Source: Vicugna vicugna (lineage: Eukaryota). Taken from it: 20,000 nt of DNA. The stretch is from positions 360,044-380,043 of the forward strand of contig MU058017.1 of the NCBI GenBank assembly GCA_013265495.1, written 5' to 3'. Every line of letters starts with the position of its first letter. Within the stretch, counting starts at the first letter, position 1. The position numbers and the translations under genes are program-made. The notes beneath the pieces are model-generated. The model saw only the letters and a list, made by a program, of their open reading frames with translations, ran no database searches and was not told where the DNA came from. Below are positions 8,658-19,300 of the stretch, piece by piece.

Positions 8658-10199
8658 AAAACAATATTGCCTTGTCCATGACCTGGACAAAGGGCTAATA
8701 ATAATAATAACAACTATGAAGAATTCATTGTAAGCTATTACTCCTCTGAGGAAAACAAAAATGTCCCCTTTAGTCCCCCTAAGCCTGTGGTTTTAAAACT
8801 CTTTCCAATTTTGCATTATTGTCCAAGAAAAATAATTAGATATGGATGACTGAAAAAAATATCTAGAAAGTTCTATCTCAGGGAAAGAGGTTCACCTCAA
8901 ACCAACATTTCCTGTTTTGATCTTGTGTTCTAAGGAGTCTCATTTTTTTCTTTGCTTCTACATACAGTTTTGTCACTTATGGTCACGCCTGTAATCTGTC
9001 ATGCTCACAATGAATCCAGAATAAACACTGATTTTTGTTACTATTCTATTATTTATAGCTTAAGATTACTCTTCACCTTTATCCCGAGACTTTGGCCCTT
9101 TGACGTCAGTACACAGTACCTTAAGTCCCTTGTAAACCAGAGCGTATGTGATGTGGGCAGGAAAAACAATACATTCTGACTTTCCCAAAGTCATTTGAAT
9201 CAAATGTTTTAAGTGTAATTGAAAACATATTTTTACAAGAAAATAGAGCCAATAAACCAGAAAAGCTGTATGGAAACACCAGCTCCACTTCTCTGGCTTT
9301 TAATAAACTGCAGTAGAGGCTCTTAGGAACAGCAAGACACTTAGGTCCCTACATGGAATCATACAAAGAGGACAAGTGCTCATCCACAAGCATGGTTTCT
9401 CTCTCACAAGTGCTCTTTACAGAAAGTTCTAGCAGGGAAAGAAGAGGAAATATGTCAGGGCACCATGACTTTGTGTAACCTCCCTAATGTCAGTGTGCGG
9501 ACCTCATATGCCTTTACATGGGTGGTATGATTTAAGCGTGGAGCGGGTGCCTTTGCCCGCTCTGATCCCATGATCTAAAACCATGATTATCTTCCTATAA
9601 TTATTATTTTAAAAAATATATAACTACAAAGGAAGTATTATTCTGGGCCAGGTCTTTTTCTCAATTGCAGTGACACAACTCCCACTAAATCTGTGGGTTA
9701 TCATCTTCCTTCTTCTTAGTGTCAAATGTTCCTCTTGGTCTTCCCAGCCCTGAAACTAGAAGTCTATGGTGGTGCAGTGGGCCTGGCAATGGGAAGGATT
9801 CTGGGCTAAGAGATTAAATCCTTGGCACACACAGAATCATTTTGGCACACTGGCTTCTCCTATAATTTCTCTAGCTATGAATTGGAGCAGATTTATTTAC
9901 TCAATTTATAAAACGGCCCCATTCATTAAAGTAAATCACTTGATATAAAAGAACTAATTATAGAGCTTTTAGTAAAAATAAGTAAAAGCTTTTTACCTTA
10001 GGGCCAGGGGCAGAACCAATTTCTAAATTATAGGTTTTTGCTACATGGATGTGTTAAAGTCCCAGGGGGGCATGATTTGACCTAAATTTGTTTAATAGCC
10101 AGTTGTGAGGTAATAGGCTTTTACTGTTTGAAGAACAGAGTAGCTATGTATATAAATATCCTTTGCAATGTCTATATCTATGGCAATTTTTAAAACAGA

Positions 10200-10354
10200 T
10201 CAACTATGCAGTGTTGACAAGGGAATGGAGACAGGAAAATGATCATCTAAACTGGTAAAACTCTCTGAAGTTGAACTAGTAATTCCACCCCAAGAATCTA
10301 TCCTACAGATACACTCACTCTCATGTTGTCTTAGAATATAAGAATAATGATGTT
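10200..10354 (+). mobile_element. Old L1 (L1ME-like) fragment, left part of interrupted host element
   Basis: 'cagtgttgacaagggaatggaga...actagtaattccaccccaagaatctatcctacagatacact' is decayed L1 ORF2 3' sequence. Confidence 0.6.
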
Positions 10355-11340
10355 CATCAAAGGACACAGTCAACAGAGTAAAAAGGCAACCTAAGGAATG
10401 GGGGAAAGTATTTGCAAATCACATATCTGATAAGGGGTTAATATCCAGAGAACGCCTACAATTCAACAACAAAAAGTAAACAAACCAATTTAAAAATGGG
10501 CAAAGGATTGACCAGACATTTCTCCAAAGAAGATACACAAATGGCCAACACATACATGAAAAAAGATGCTCAACATACATTAAGGAAATGCAAATTAAAA
10601 CCACAATGAGATGCCATCTCACACCCATTAGCATGGCTACTATTTAAAAAAAACCAACAGGAAATAAATATTGGTGAAGATGTAGAGAAATTGGAACCTG
10701 TGAATTGTTGGTGAGAATGAAAAATGGCATAACTTCTATGGAAAACAGTATGGCGGTTCCTCAAAAATTAAAAATAGAACTACCATATGACCCAGAAATT
10801 CCATCTCTGAGTATATACCCAAAATAATTGGAAACATTGTCTCAAATATATATTTTTACATCCAGGTTTGCTACATAGGAGCACTATTCAGAATAACCAA
10901 AAGGTGAAAACAACCCAAGTGTCCACTGATGGAAGGATAAATGGATAAACAAAATATAGTATACACATACAATGAAATATTATTCAGCCTTAAAAAGGAG
11001 GGAATTCTGATACACGTTACAACACAGATGAAACTTGAGGACATTATGCTAAATGAAACGTCAGTCACAAAAAGATAAATATTGTATGATTCCATTTACG
11101 TGAGCTACCTAGAGTAGTGAAATTCTTAGAGACAGAAAATAGAATGGGTGGTCGCCAGGGGCTGAGGGGAGGAGAGAATGGAGAGTTATTATATAATGGG
11201 TATACAATGACAATTTTGCAGGATGGAAAGAGTTCTGGAGATGGACTGTACAACAATATGAGTGTGCTTAACACTACTAACCAGTACAGGCAAAAATGAT
11301 TAAGATGGTAAATTTTCCATTATGTGTAGTTTTAAAAAAA
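10355..11340 (+). mobile_element. LINE-1 (L1MA/L1MB-like) ORF2 end and 3' UTR, 5'-truncated
   Basis: 'tttgcaaatcacatatctgataaggggttaatatccaga', 'gaaatgcaaattaaaaccacaatgagatgccatctcacaccc', 'atagaactaccatatgacccag'; degenerate TSD aagaataatgatgtt (10340-10354) / aagaatcatgctgtt (11339-11353). Confidence 0.93.
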
Positions 11341-11539
11341 GAATCATGCTGTTAATTACAGTAATAGTGAAAAACAGAAAACATGCAAATCCTTCAAATG
11401 GGAAGCAGCCATTGGGTAGAATTCCATGCAACCATTGAAAAAAAAAAGTTGTATATATAAATGTATTAACTTAGAAGGACATGCAGGATCCATGTTTTGA
11501 GTGAAAAAGCGGTTTTCAGGACAACATGCTTATAATGAC
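11341..11539 (+). mobile_element. Old L1ME-like fragment, middle part
   Basis: 'gtaatagtgaaaaacagaaaaca...tagaattccatgcaaccattgaaaa...catgttttgagtgaaaaagc...aacatgcttataatga'. Confidence 0.65.
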
Positions 11540-12013
11540 TATATTAGTTTGCCAGAGCTGCCTTAAGAAAGTACCACAGACTAGATGACTTAGAACAACA
11601 GAAATGTATTCTCTCACACTCTGGAGGCCAGAAGGCTAAGACCAAGATGTCAGAGAAGTTAGTTCCTTCAGAGGGCTGTGAGAGAGACTATGTTTCATGC
11701 CTCTCTCCTAGCTTCTGATGGTTTCCTGGCAATTTTTCGTGTTCCTTCACTTCTAGACGATGCATCACTCTAATCCCTGCCTTCATCTTTACATAATATT
11801 TTCTGTGTGCATGTTTATCTCTGTGCCCAAATTTCCCCTTTTTATAAGGACACCAGTCATATTGGATTAGGGGTCTACCCTACTCTGGTATGACCTCACT
11901 TTAACTAATTACATCTGCAACAAACTTATTTCCAAATAAGGTCACATTCTAAGGCACTGGAGGTTAGGAGTTCAACATATGAATTTTGGGGGGACACAAT
12001 TCAACCCATAACA
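11540..12013 (-). mobile_element. ERVL-MaLR solo LTR (MLT1C-like)
   Basis: 474 bp; ends tatattagtttgcc...ggggggacacaattcaacccataaca match MLT1 termini; 5-bp flanks atgac / acgat fit a decayed TSD. Confidence 0.93.
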
Positions 12014-12265
12014 ACGATCTCATTTTTTTTCATATTATAAAAGCTATACCCATGTACCTATGCATCTGTGTATAAAAGTGGGTGTGTGTGTATATGAATA
12101 TATAAAGGACTGAATGGTACACATAAAACTGCTAACTGGGGTTATCCTCTGGAAAATGGTGGAGAGTGAGGAGGTTGCGGGGGGCAGTGCTTATACTTTT
12201 TATCTCCACACTTTTGAATTGATTGAAAAATGTTCCACAATCATGTATAACTATTGTAAATTTAA
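12014..12265 (+). mobile_element. Old L1ME-like 3' end
   Basis: 'aaaggactgaatggtacacataaaactgctaactggggttatcctctgg...tcatgtataactattgtaaatttaa' is typical of L1ME3-type 3' ends. Confidence 0.65.
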
Positions 12266-12434
12266 GCAAGCAACTTACCAGCTTTTATTGATGTTCATCA
12301 GGGTAGATGTTAGGCTGCCTTGGAGAGAAGTGGGAACTACAACAATTAAGTGATCCAAACTGTTGGAATACTTTTCAGCCATCAAAGTGAAAAACAGTAA
12401 TATTTTGTATGTTTCCCCCAAAGAGGGATACTAG

Positions 12435-12570
12435 TCAGTGGCAGAGTGGAAACAGTGCTACACTTGGAGTCCAGCCAGCCAGTAGGAGCTCCGTTTCTGG
12501 CACTAGCTGGCTGTGTGACCTTAGGTTCTTAACCGCACTGGCATTTGCATTTTCATCTTTAAATGCTTCT
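12435..12570 (+). mobile_element. MIR SINE (5' half)
   Basis: 'gtggcagagtggaaacagtgctacacttggagtccag...ctggcactagctggctgtgtgaccttagg...ttttcatctttaaatg'. Confidence 0.75.
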
Positions 12571-12879
12571 GTAAATTCCCTTGGTCTGTGTTTATTCATT
12601 TCTGGCTCATACACGCATGTTGTACCTCACAACAAAATGTGACTGAGCCTAAAAATAGCCAACGATCACTTCTCCCAGACAATGATCTGAACAGAGGCCA
12701 TTGATCTGAGCTGTGTGCTTGAAGGACAGCATACAGATGAGTCAGTGTATAATCAGGCAGCCTGATTCGTCCACTCTGCCTCTACAGAATGTCTGTGCCA
12801 CCCTTTACTACTGCTATGGGGAGGACAGCTTCTACTGCAAACCCGTATAACAGAGCTGAACCCCGCAGACCTACGTCAC

Positions 12880-13080
12880 TCTTCATTCCTCTATTCAGTC
12901 AGGAAATAATTATTAAGTACACACTATGAGTCAGAACTATACCCGGCTCTGGGGATTCATTGATCAGCAAAATAAACAAGGTCCCTATTCAGTTGAATGA
13001 GGTCAAGAAAACAAGTAATTACAAGACAATGTGGACAGTGTTTTGGTAAAGGAACTGCAGTGTGCTCAGGGGAGCCCAGT
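12880..13080 (-). mobile_element. LINE-2 3' end fragment
   Basis: 'ttcattcctctattcagtcaggaaataattattaagtacacactatgagtcagaact...ggggattcattgatcagcaaaataaacaaggtccct'. Confidence 0.7.
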
Positions 13081-14289
13081 TCTCTAAGTTAGGGGTGCCT
13101 ATCTCAGACTTCAAGGTTTTCCAAAGATCTCTTTTCACTGAATCACATCAACTCAGCTTTGAAATCATGAAACAGATCATTTTGCCCACTACCCACTAGT
13201 TTTCCAAGAATTCTGCCTTTCAATTGCGTCTATGGCTGCTGGAGAGGGCAAGGCTCAGGCAAGGAGTAACCAAGCCCCCGCGATTCAGCTGCTCAAAGTA
13301 AAGGCACAATGGCATCTCAGACTGGGAGGCATTCTTTCAACTTCCGCGCTGGTGCCATGTTTTCCCTCAAGGTAGGTAGGAGAATCCACTCTGCCAAGTC
13401 CAGGTGTAAAGGCGTCAGATATTTGATCGTAAGACCCAAGAATAATGAGGAATATTTATTCCTCATGAGAGTCAGCCTCCACCATAGCCCACTCCTCTCT
13501 GTTACTAACCAGCACATCAAACACAAAGTGTCCCTCTAAAAGTCTTTGGAGTACATTTTAATTAGTTTCCTCAGGCACTGCACATGCCAAGGTAGTAGGG
13601 CTCTGGCTTCCCTAAGTCCCCTCAAAATTTTTGTCTCCTATTTCCATAATGCTTCTCTATGTTGACCTGCAGAGCTCAAGCAAATACACAGTTGTGTCTT
13701 TTAAATACGCTAAAAAGGATTCTGATCGGAGCGGTGGTGGTGAAATTTCGTTTTGTCTTTTCACTGCTCTGCGCTCTGTAAATGTACCAAATCCCAATGT
13801 AAGCTGTCATTTTTTCCCCAATAATTGACTTCTGAAATCATGAAAACTCTACACTAAAGAAAACGAACTTGGTAAGAAAGGGATGGAGATGGTGAGATTT
13901 TTTCCCCCAAAGAAAAGAATATACCTGGATCCCTTATTGAAGCCAGGTTTCTTTAAAAATTTTAATTCTATGATATAGATATTTAACATAATATAGTTTT
14001 TTTAACTTCCTTATACATGTAAGAAAAAACAGTTAATTTTTTTCCTAATCCTGCCTCATTCCAAAAATTCCTCTAACACAATTTTCTGTATACAACAGAC
14101 ATTTCATCACAACTCATTGACTTGTTGGTTCCAAAATAAAAAGGTCCAGATCTAATTACCACAAATTCATTGCATATGGCAGCAACCTCAGAGCTGAGTC
14201 TATCCATGGGGTCTATGTAGAATTCTATCACATTGAATGAATGTTCTCCCACCATAGAAAGGATAAGGTTATGTAGAATCCAACATGCA

Positions 14290-14452
14290 ACTATACTGTT
14301 GACTATTTGTTGTTTGTTGTTTGTCTTACCCCGTTTGAATGTAAGCTCTAAAAAGCAGAGTCTTTATTTCGTTCCCTACTTGGTGTTGCCCCAAGGCCTG
14401 GAGCAGTGCCAGGTAACATGTAGGCCCTCAACTACTACTATCGAGTGAATGA
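14290..14452 (+). mobile_element. LINE-2 3' end
   Basis: 'tttgaatgtaagctctaaaaagcagag...ggcctggagcagtgccaggtaacatgtaggccctcaa...gagtgaatga'. Confidence 0.8.
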
Positions 14453-15439
14453 CCGTAACAAGGTTGTTTTTTTCTAATGGCAGCTCTAAGACTGGCTCTT
14501 CTGAATCATCTTCAGCTGTCCTTTAATGACATCTTGGCTAGATTCTGTATTTTCCTGGTCACTCTCAGCAATTAGAGACTCAATCCAGTTTAAAACTTCA
14601 ACCTCAAATCCAGTGCAAATCTTTCCCCTCTCCCTCTGCTCTTCCACCCCTCCTCCAGCTCAGCACCCTGCTGTGGATGCTGGGGATGCCCCAGCTCTGG
14701 TTTCAACACCCCTTTTCTCATTTCCCCCTTTTCGAGTCCTAGCTCCTTACGTGCTTGGGGTAGGAGGAGGGAGAAGAAATGGACTAGCTTTTTTTTTGTT
14801 TTACTTAACCTGCTATAGTTGAAGTGCTTTTTCCATTGATTAAAACATCTTTGCTGGGTAACATTTATCTTCTCTAAAGTACACCTGACTCCCAAGAAAC
14901 TAACACATCCTCACCATATCCAAAAGTGGACCCAGGAGCTGTCCCATGTCCCCTCATCCTCCTCAGTATTCCCATTTCTCAGATTAGAAAAAAAGCAGGT
15001 ACCGGGCTTCCCTTCTTGCAGGCATTTTCAACTTCTATAAGAGATTTTTGAAGTCCCTCACCTTTCTGGCCCCAGCCTCTCACTTGGCTTTGAAGAGTAC
15101 AGAACCACCACCTCCCAATATCCCTTCCACAGGAAAAGCTGCTCACCATGAACTCATACTCCTCCACAGGCTGATGTTCTCAGTCCCCAACTTTCCCCAC
15201 CTTCTTGGGGAGAAGTTCTTTCTCACTTTCTCAGATTGGGGAGGGGGTTGAGGTGGGGGGAAGAAGAAGAAATGTTAAGTATGGTTGCCACAGAGCTGGT
15301 ACTTCTGGGATCTCTTAGTAAGGCCATATTAAGGTGTGAGGAGAAACTGGTGAATCTTTTTAGATTTACCACCTTTGGGTTTTCAACTGGGACCCAACAC
15401 ATCAATTTCAGTACAACAAGAGAAGTCCCATCAACATCC

Positions 15440-15558
15440 TGTTATTTATGCTACAAAAAAGATTGTCTTTTTTTATTTACAACTCTCTCTGGTCTTAGTA
15501 TATGCCTTGTTCTATATGTACTTATGGAGACACTAAATAGATACTTCTTAAATTCTTG
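15440..15558 (+). mobile_element. Possible decayed LINE-2 3' end
   Basis: 'gattgtcttttttatttac...cttagtatatgccttg...atggagacactaaatagatact' weakly resembles the L2 terminus. Confidence 0.35.
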
Positions 15559-15850
15559 ATACAGGATTAGGTACTTGAGATGTTGACCAGAAATTCTAGA
15601 CATCAGCCTGAAAGCTGCTGAAAGAAGCTTGTGGGTATCAAGTTATGAATCCTGATGGATCATGGAGACTTCAGACCCATGCAGGAATTTCTAAACCCTA
15701 CTCGGTACCTTTACAGGGTTCAGGGCTGGAATTCTCCAAATGCTCCAATCATCAGAAAATCCCCCAAATGAAGAACAGGAACAATATTTTTTAAATTAAA
15801 CACACGCTTAGGGAGAAATTAAAAACAGAAACACTTGATGATGAGACTGC

Positions 15851-15990
15851 TTTTTTTAGGGGGGAAAGGTGGTAATTAGGTTTATTTGTTTATTTTTAAT
15901 GGCAGTACTGGCAATTGAACTCAGGAACTCATGCATGCTAAGTATGCACTATACCACTTAAGCTATACCCTCTCTCCCCACCCTGCCCCT
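15851..15990 (-). mobile_element. tRNA-Ala-derived SINE (camelid Vic-1-like), second copy
   Basis: Minus strand GGGTATAGCTTAAGTGGTATAGTGCATACTTAGCATGCATGAGTTCCTGAGTTCAATTGCCAGTAC; same tail as the 1305-1447 copy; TSD agactg-ctttt (15844-15854) / agactgtctttt (15991-16002). Confidence 0.87.
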
Positions 15991-16544
15991 AGACTGTCTT
16001 TTATCTCTGTTTGTGGCAAGCATCTTGGGCTTCAAAATGTCTCACTGGCTCCTGAAACCTAATGTCACCAGAGTCTCAAAATGGAAACATTCTGCCACAA
16101 ATTACAGATACTTAAGGATCCTCCCCCCTTGAGATTCAGTTCACATTGTGGGCCTTGCCACTGGGTTTTCTCTCTGCCACAACTCAGATAAAGTGGAGCA
16201 GTCCATGTGGTTTTGCTTTTACATTCACAGTTTCAACAGTTTTGGATCCTCAGTGAACACATTAGATGCATCCCTCTGCAATATACGCATTCAGGGAACA
16301 AAAATTCAGATTAGTGTCGGAAGTTATTGGGTAGGGTGGATTAATTAAATTTCCAGCTTTCCATTGAGACTTTTTCACATCCTTATATAACCCAATTTCC
16401 CTCTCTATACTTTGCTTGCTCTTTCAGTAATAAAGGGACATCTATATTTTTCAAATGCTATGATAATTTAACTGAAACATAGATGTAAAACAAAACTTTG
16501 AGTTTATGGAAGAAATACCCTTTCTTCTAGCAAAAGTTCTGTAA

Positions 16545-16610
16545 TTAACCATACATCCCTTGGCAAGTCTTAACCTCTAGTCTTCATTTTTCTCATCTGT
16601 CAGTTTAAGG
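16545..16610 (+). mobile_element. MIR/MIR3 core fragment
   Basis: 'cccttggcaagtcttaacctctagtcttcatttttctcatctgt'. Confidence 0.6.
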
Positions 16611-16612
16611 TC

Positions 16613-16872
16613 AGGCTAATAAATTGTCCACTTACTGTCTGTTCTGTACCAGGTTCTATGGAGAGCATTTACCATGATACTATTTTACTTTGTATTCACA
16701 ATAACTCAACATGAAAGGAATCATAATCTGCATTTGGTAGATGAAGACACAGATTTGGTAGGTTACGTAACTTGCACAGCATGTGACCTGACCAGTCAAT
16801 GATAGAACCTGAATCTAAACCCTCATTTATTTAGTTTCAAAGCCCTCGCTCTAACTGCTGCAATATGCTGTC
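16613..16872 (-). mobile_element. Near full-length MIR SINE
   Basis: 'gcatttggtagatgaagacacaga...aggttacgtaacttgcacagcatg...gatagaacctgaatctaaaccc...ttcaaagccctcgctctaactgctgcaatatgctg'. Confidence 0.8.
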
Positions 16873-17129
16873 ACCTAAATGAGCTCTGAGTGCCCTAAAC
16901 TATTCCTTTAGGCTCTATGCTCTAAGCCATGGCATTATTTCACTTCATTGCAAGAGGTATTATTGGTAAATTACTATTGCTGGTTTTATCTATAACAAAA
17001 AAAGAGTATGCCTGCATATTTTGTAACTACTTTTGTATTCTGAATAGTGAAGAAAAAAAGAAATATCAGAAAGCTTCATCTTCTTTAACTTTTTCTTCCA
17101 AAATTATTCTACCTAAATGAACGGTTTTT

Positions 17130-17320
17130 TGAATCATTTTAAAGATTCCCTCAAATAGAGATGCTGCAACCTCCCTCCGAAGGTCATCTGTTGTTGACCA
17201 TAGGGAGCAAGTTTTCTTCTGTCTGATGTGGCTCCCCTAAACTCTAATTTATTGTCAGTACTTTAGTGTGAATTTGATCATTGTTTCTTATCCCTTTCTT
17301 CTGGTGGGAAATAACAGGAC
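17130..17320 (-). mobile_element. L3/CR1 LINE remnant
   Basis: 'gagatgctgcaacctccctc...agcaagttttcttctgtctga...aatttgatcattgtttcttatcc...gaaataacag' resembles recalled L3 3' sequence. Confidence 0.45.
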
Positions 17321-18435
17321 AGGAAGTGCTTCAGAGAAGATACAAAAATATTATATTGAGACACCACAAGGAATGTTAATTCCTTCTTGCAATCAGTGTT
17401 TCAGAGGGTGTCTATACAGAGTAAAAACAGAAGGAACGAAATGTCTATAGATGGACAGATGAAGAGTACAAGTCTTACATAAAAGAAAAGTGTTCATCAT
17501 CTACTCGTCATTTAAATAACTAAATTTCAGTGTCATCTGTGCCTAGGCTTTTTGGACATGGAGAAATAAGTCTTAGGAAGAGGATGGAGAGGAAGGAAAA
17601 GTAGCTCCAATTGATAGTTAACTGGCTTTATCAGGAGTTATCTAACATGCTTAATAAGAATTTTCTTCTCCATATGTACTGGCCCAGAAAATGGCAAATG
17701 CCTTGTCCATCAGTCTTTGAAGAACTGAATCATGATTTACCTATCAGCTAAACACTCAGTGAAAGAAATAAACATTTGAAAAGATAATACAGCAAATTTT
17801 TAAAAAACAGAAGTGAATAAGAATTTGTAGGCCTCTTTCACTTTTTTCACTTTGGCAAAGCTATTATAAATAGAATTTTTTAGACCGTCTGGCTAAGACA
17901 AAACAAATGTTTCCTGTCAGCATGGAAAAAGAAATTCCTGCCTAAAATTGTGTTATCTGGTTTTCAGTCCACTTAATTAAGAAAGCTGCTAAATGTCATG
18001 CTACATGTCATCAAATGCCCTTTTTAAAACTGATTTCAATTTTTCATGAGTTCACTCCAGTTTTTGTGTTCTCATTATTTAGTCTTTTAGGGTTGTTGTT
18101 TTTTTTAAGTAGAAGCATTATTTCTAAAAGTCAAAGATACACTATTCTTGCTGTAACTACTTTTTGCACTTCAGAGTTAAAAATATACCAGAATATAGAA
18201 ATACATTGAAGATCAAGTCATCTACTAAAATATAATACAATCTCACACATATCATTAAATCTTATTTTTAAAGAGAAAAACTGAGATACAAAAACTACTG
18301 AAGCTGAATTGAGCTATGTTAGGTCTGAACTTCTGAATTTTCACATTAAAAAAATCTGAGACTCAGAACTTGAATGAGATAAATGTCGCAAGGTTCATGG
18401 TGGAAAACTGAGATGAGCTGGCTTCACTACCACAC

Positions 18436-18575
18436 TGTTTAAAAAATATTTATTAAGCAGTAACTGTGTGCCAGGCATAGTGTTAGGTTTTGATGATACA
18501 AAAGTGAAAAAGACAGGAATGTCCAGTCTGAAGAACCTTATAATCCAATGGGAGAGTAAAATAAATAAATCGATA
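18436..18575 (-). mobile_element. LINE-2 3' end fragment
   Basis: 'aaatatttattaagcagtaactgtgtgccaggcatagtgttaggttttgatgatacaaaagtgaaaagacagg...gaaccttataatccaatgggaga'. Confidence 0.85.
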
Positions 18576-18982
18576 AGTTAATTTTTGTGTAACAAATAAC
18601 TGGTATTAGCAATAATTACCACCAGGGGGGAAAAAACAAATATTTTTAAGTCATAATCATTATAGGAAATTTCTGAACCAAAGAAGAATTTGAGTAATAA
18701 TGGTCATATCTCTTGTTGCACGTCAGGTATGACTACCTGAAATACACTGAATGGGATTACACATTTATGATCCTGTCACTCATGGATAGTCAGCCTAATG
18801 TTAAATTTAGTCATCTTGTTGTCCTGTGGCAATGGGTAAACCCACTTGGAATCAGCTTTTAAAGATAAAAGTAGGGGACTGTTAAGTCTATCAGTGAAGA
18901 CACCCTCTTTTCACTGCGTTTGGGATGCTAGATTATTTGCCTTCTTTCTTTCTCCAGTTATGACATATCCAGTCTCTCCTGA

Positions 18983-19090
18983 TGTGTATGTGGTGGGGGT
19001 GTGTGTGGCTGGGTGTGGGTGTGTAAGAATGTGTGTCTGTGGGTGGCAGGCTCAGCTGCAGTTCTGCCAGAAAGTGGGGTGTGGGCTTTA
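18983..19090. repeat. Degenerate (TG)n / G-rich simple repeat
   Basis: gtgtatgtggtgggggtgtgtgtggctgggtgtgggtgtgt... Confidence 0.7.
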
Positions 19091-19219
19091 TGGTTTTGGA
19101 GTGTCCCAGGGAACTGGCTGGTTCATCTGACCTTCCCGTGGATACGATCTAGTTTCTGTCATCCACAGAAGGGGCTTCTGGGGCTCTCCCAGACTTTGTC
19201 CCCAGATGCAGGGCAGATG

Positions 19220-19300
19220 CCCTTCTCTCCAGATGGGCAAATCCATCAGAGAGGGTGATCCACTTGCTCAAGGCCAAACAGCAGGTGGGACCACTTGCTG
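19220..19300 (-). mobile_element. MIR core fragment
   Basis: 'cagagagggtgatccacttgctcaaggccaaacagc' resembles the MIR core cagagaggttaagtgacttgcccaaggtcacacagc. Confidence 0.5.

Noticed and set aside
15236..15559. 107-aa ORF
   Set aside because: Non-ATG start, weak splice signals, 3' part overlaps a probable L2 remnant, no recognised homology
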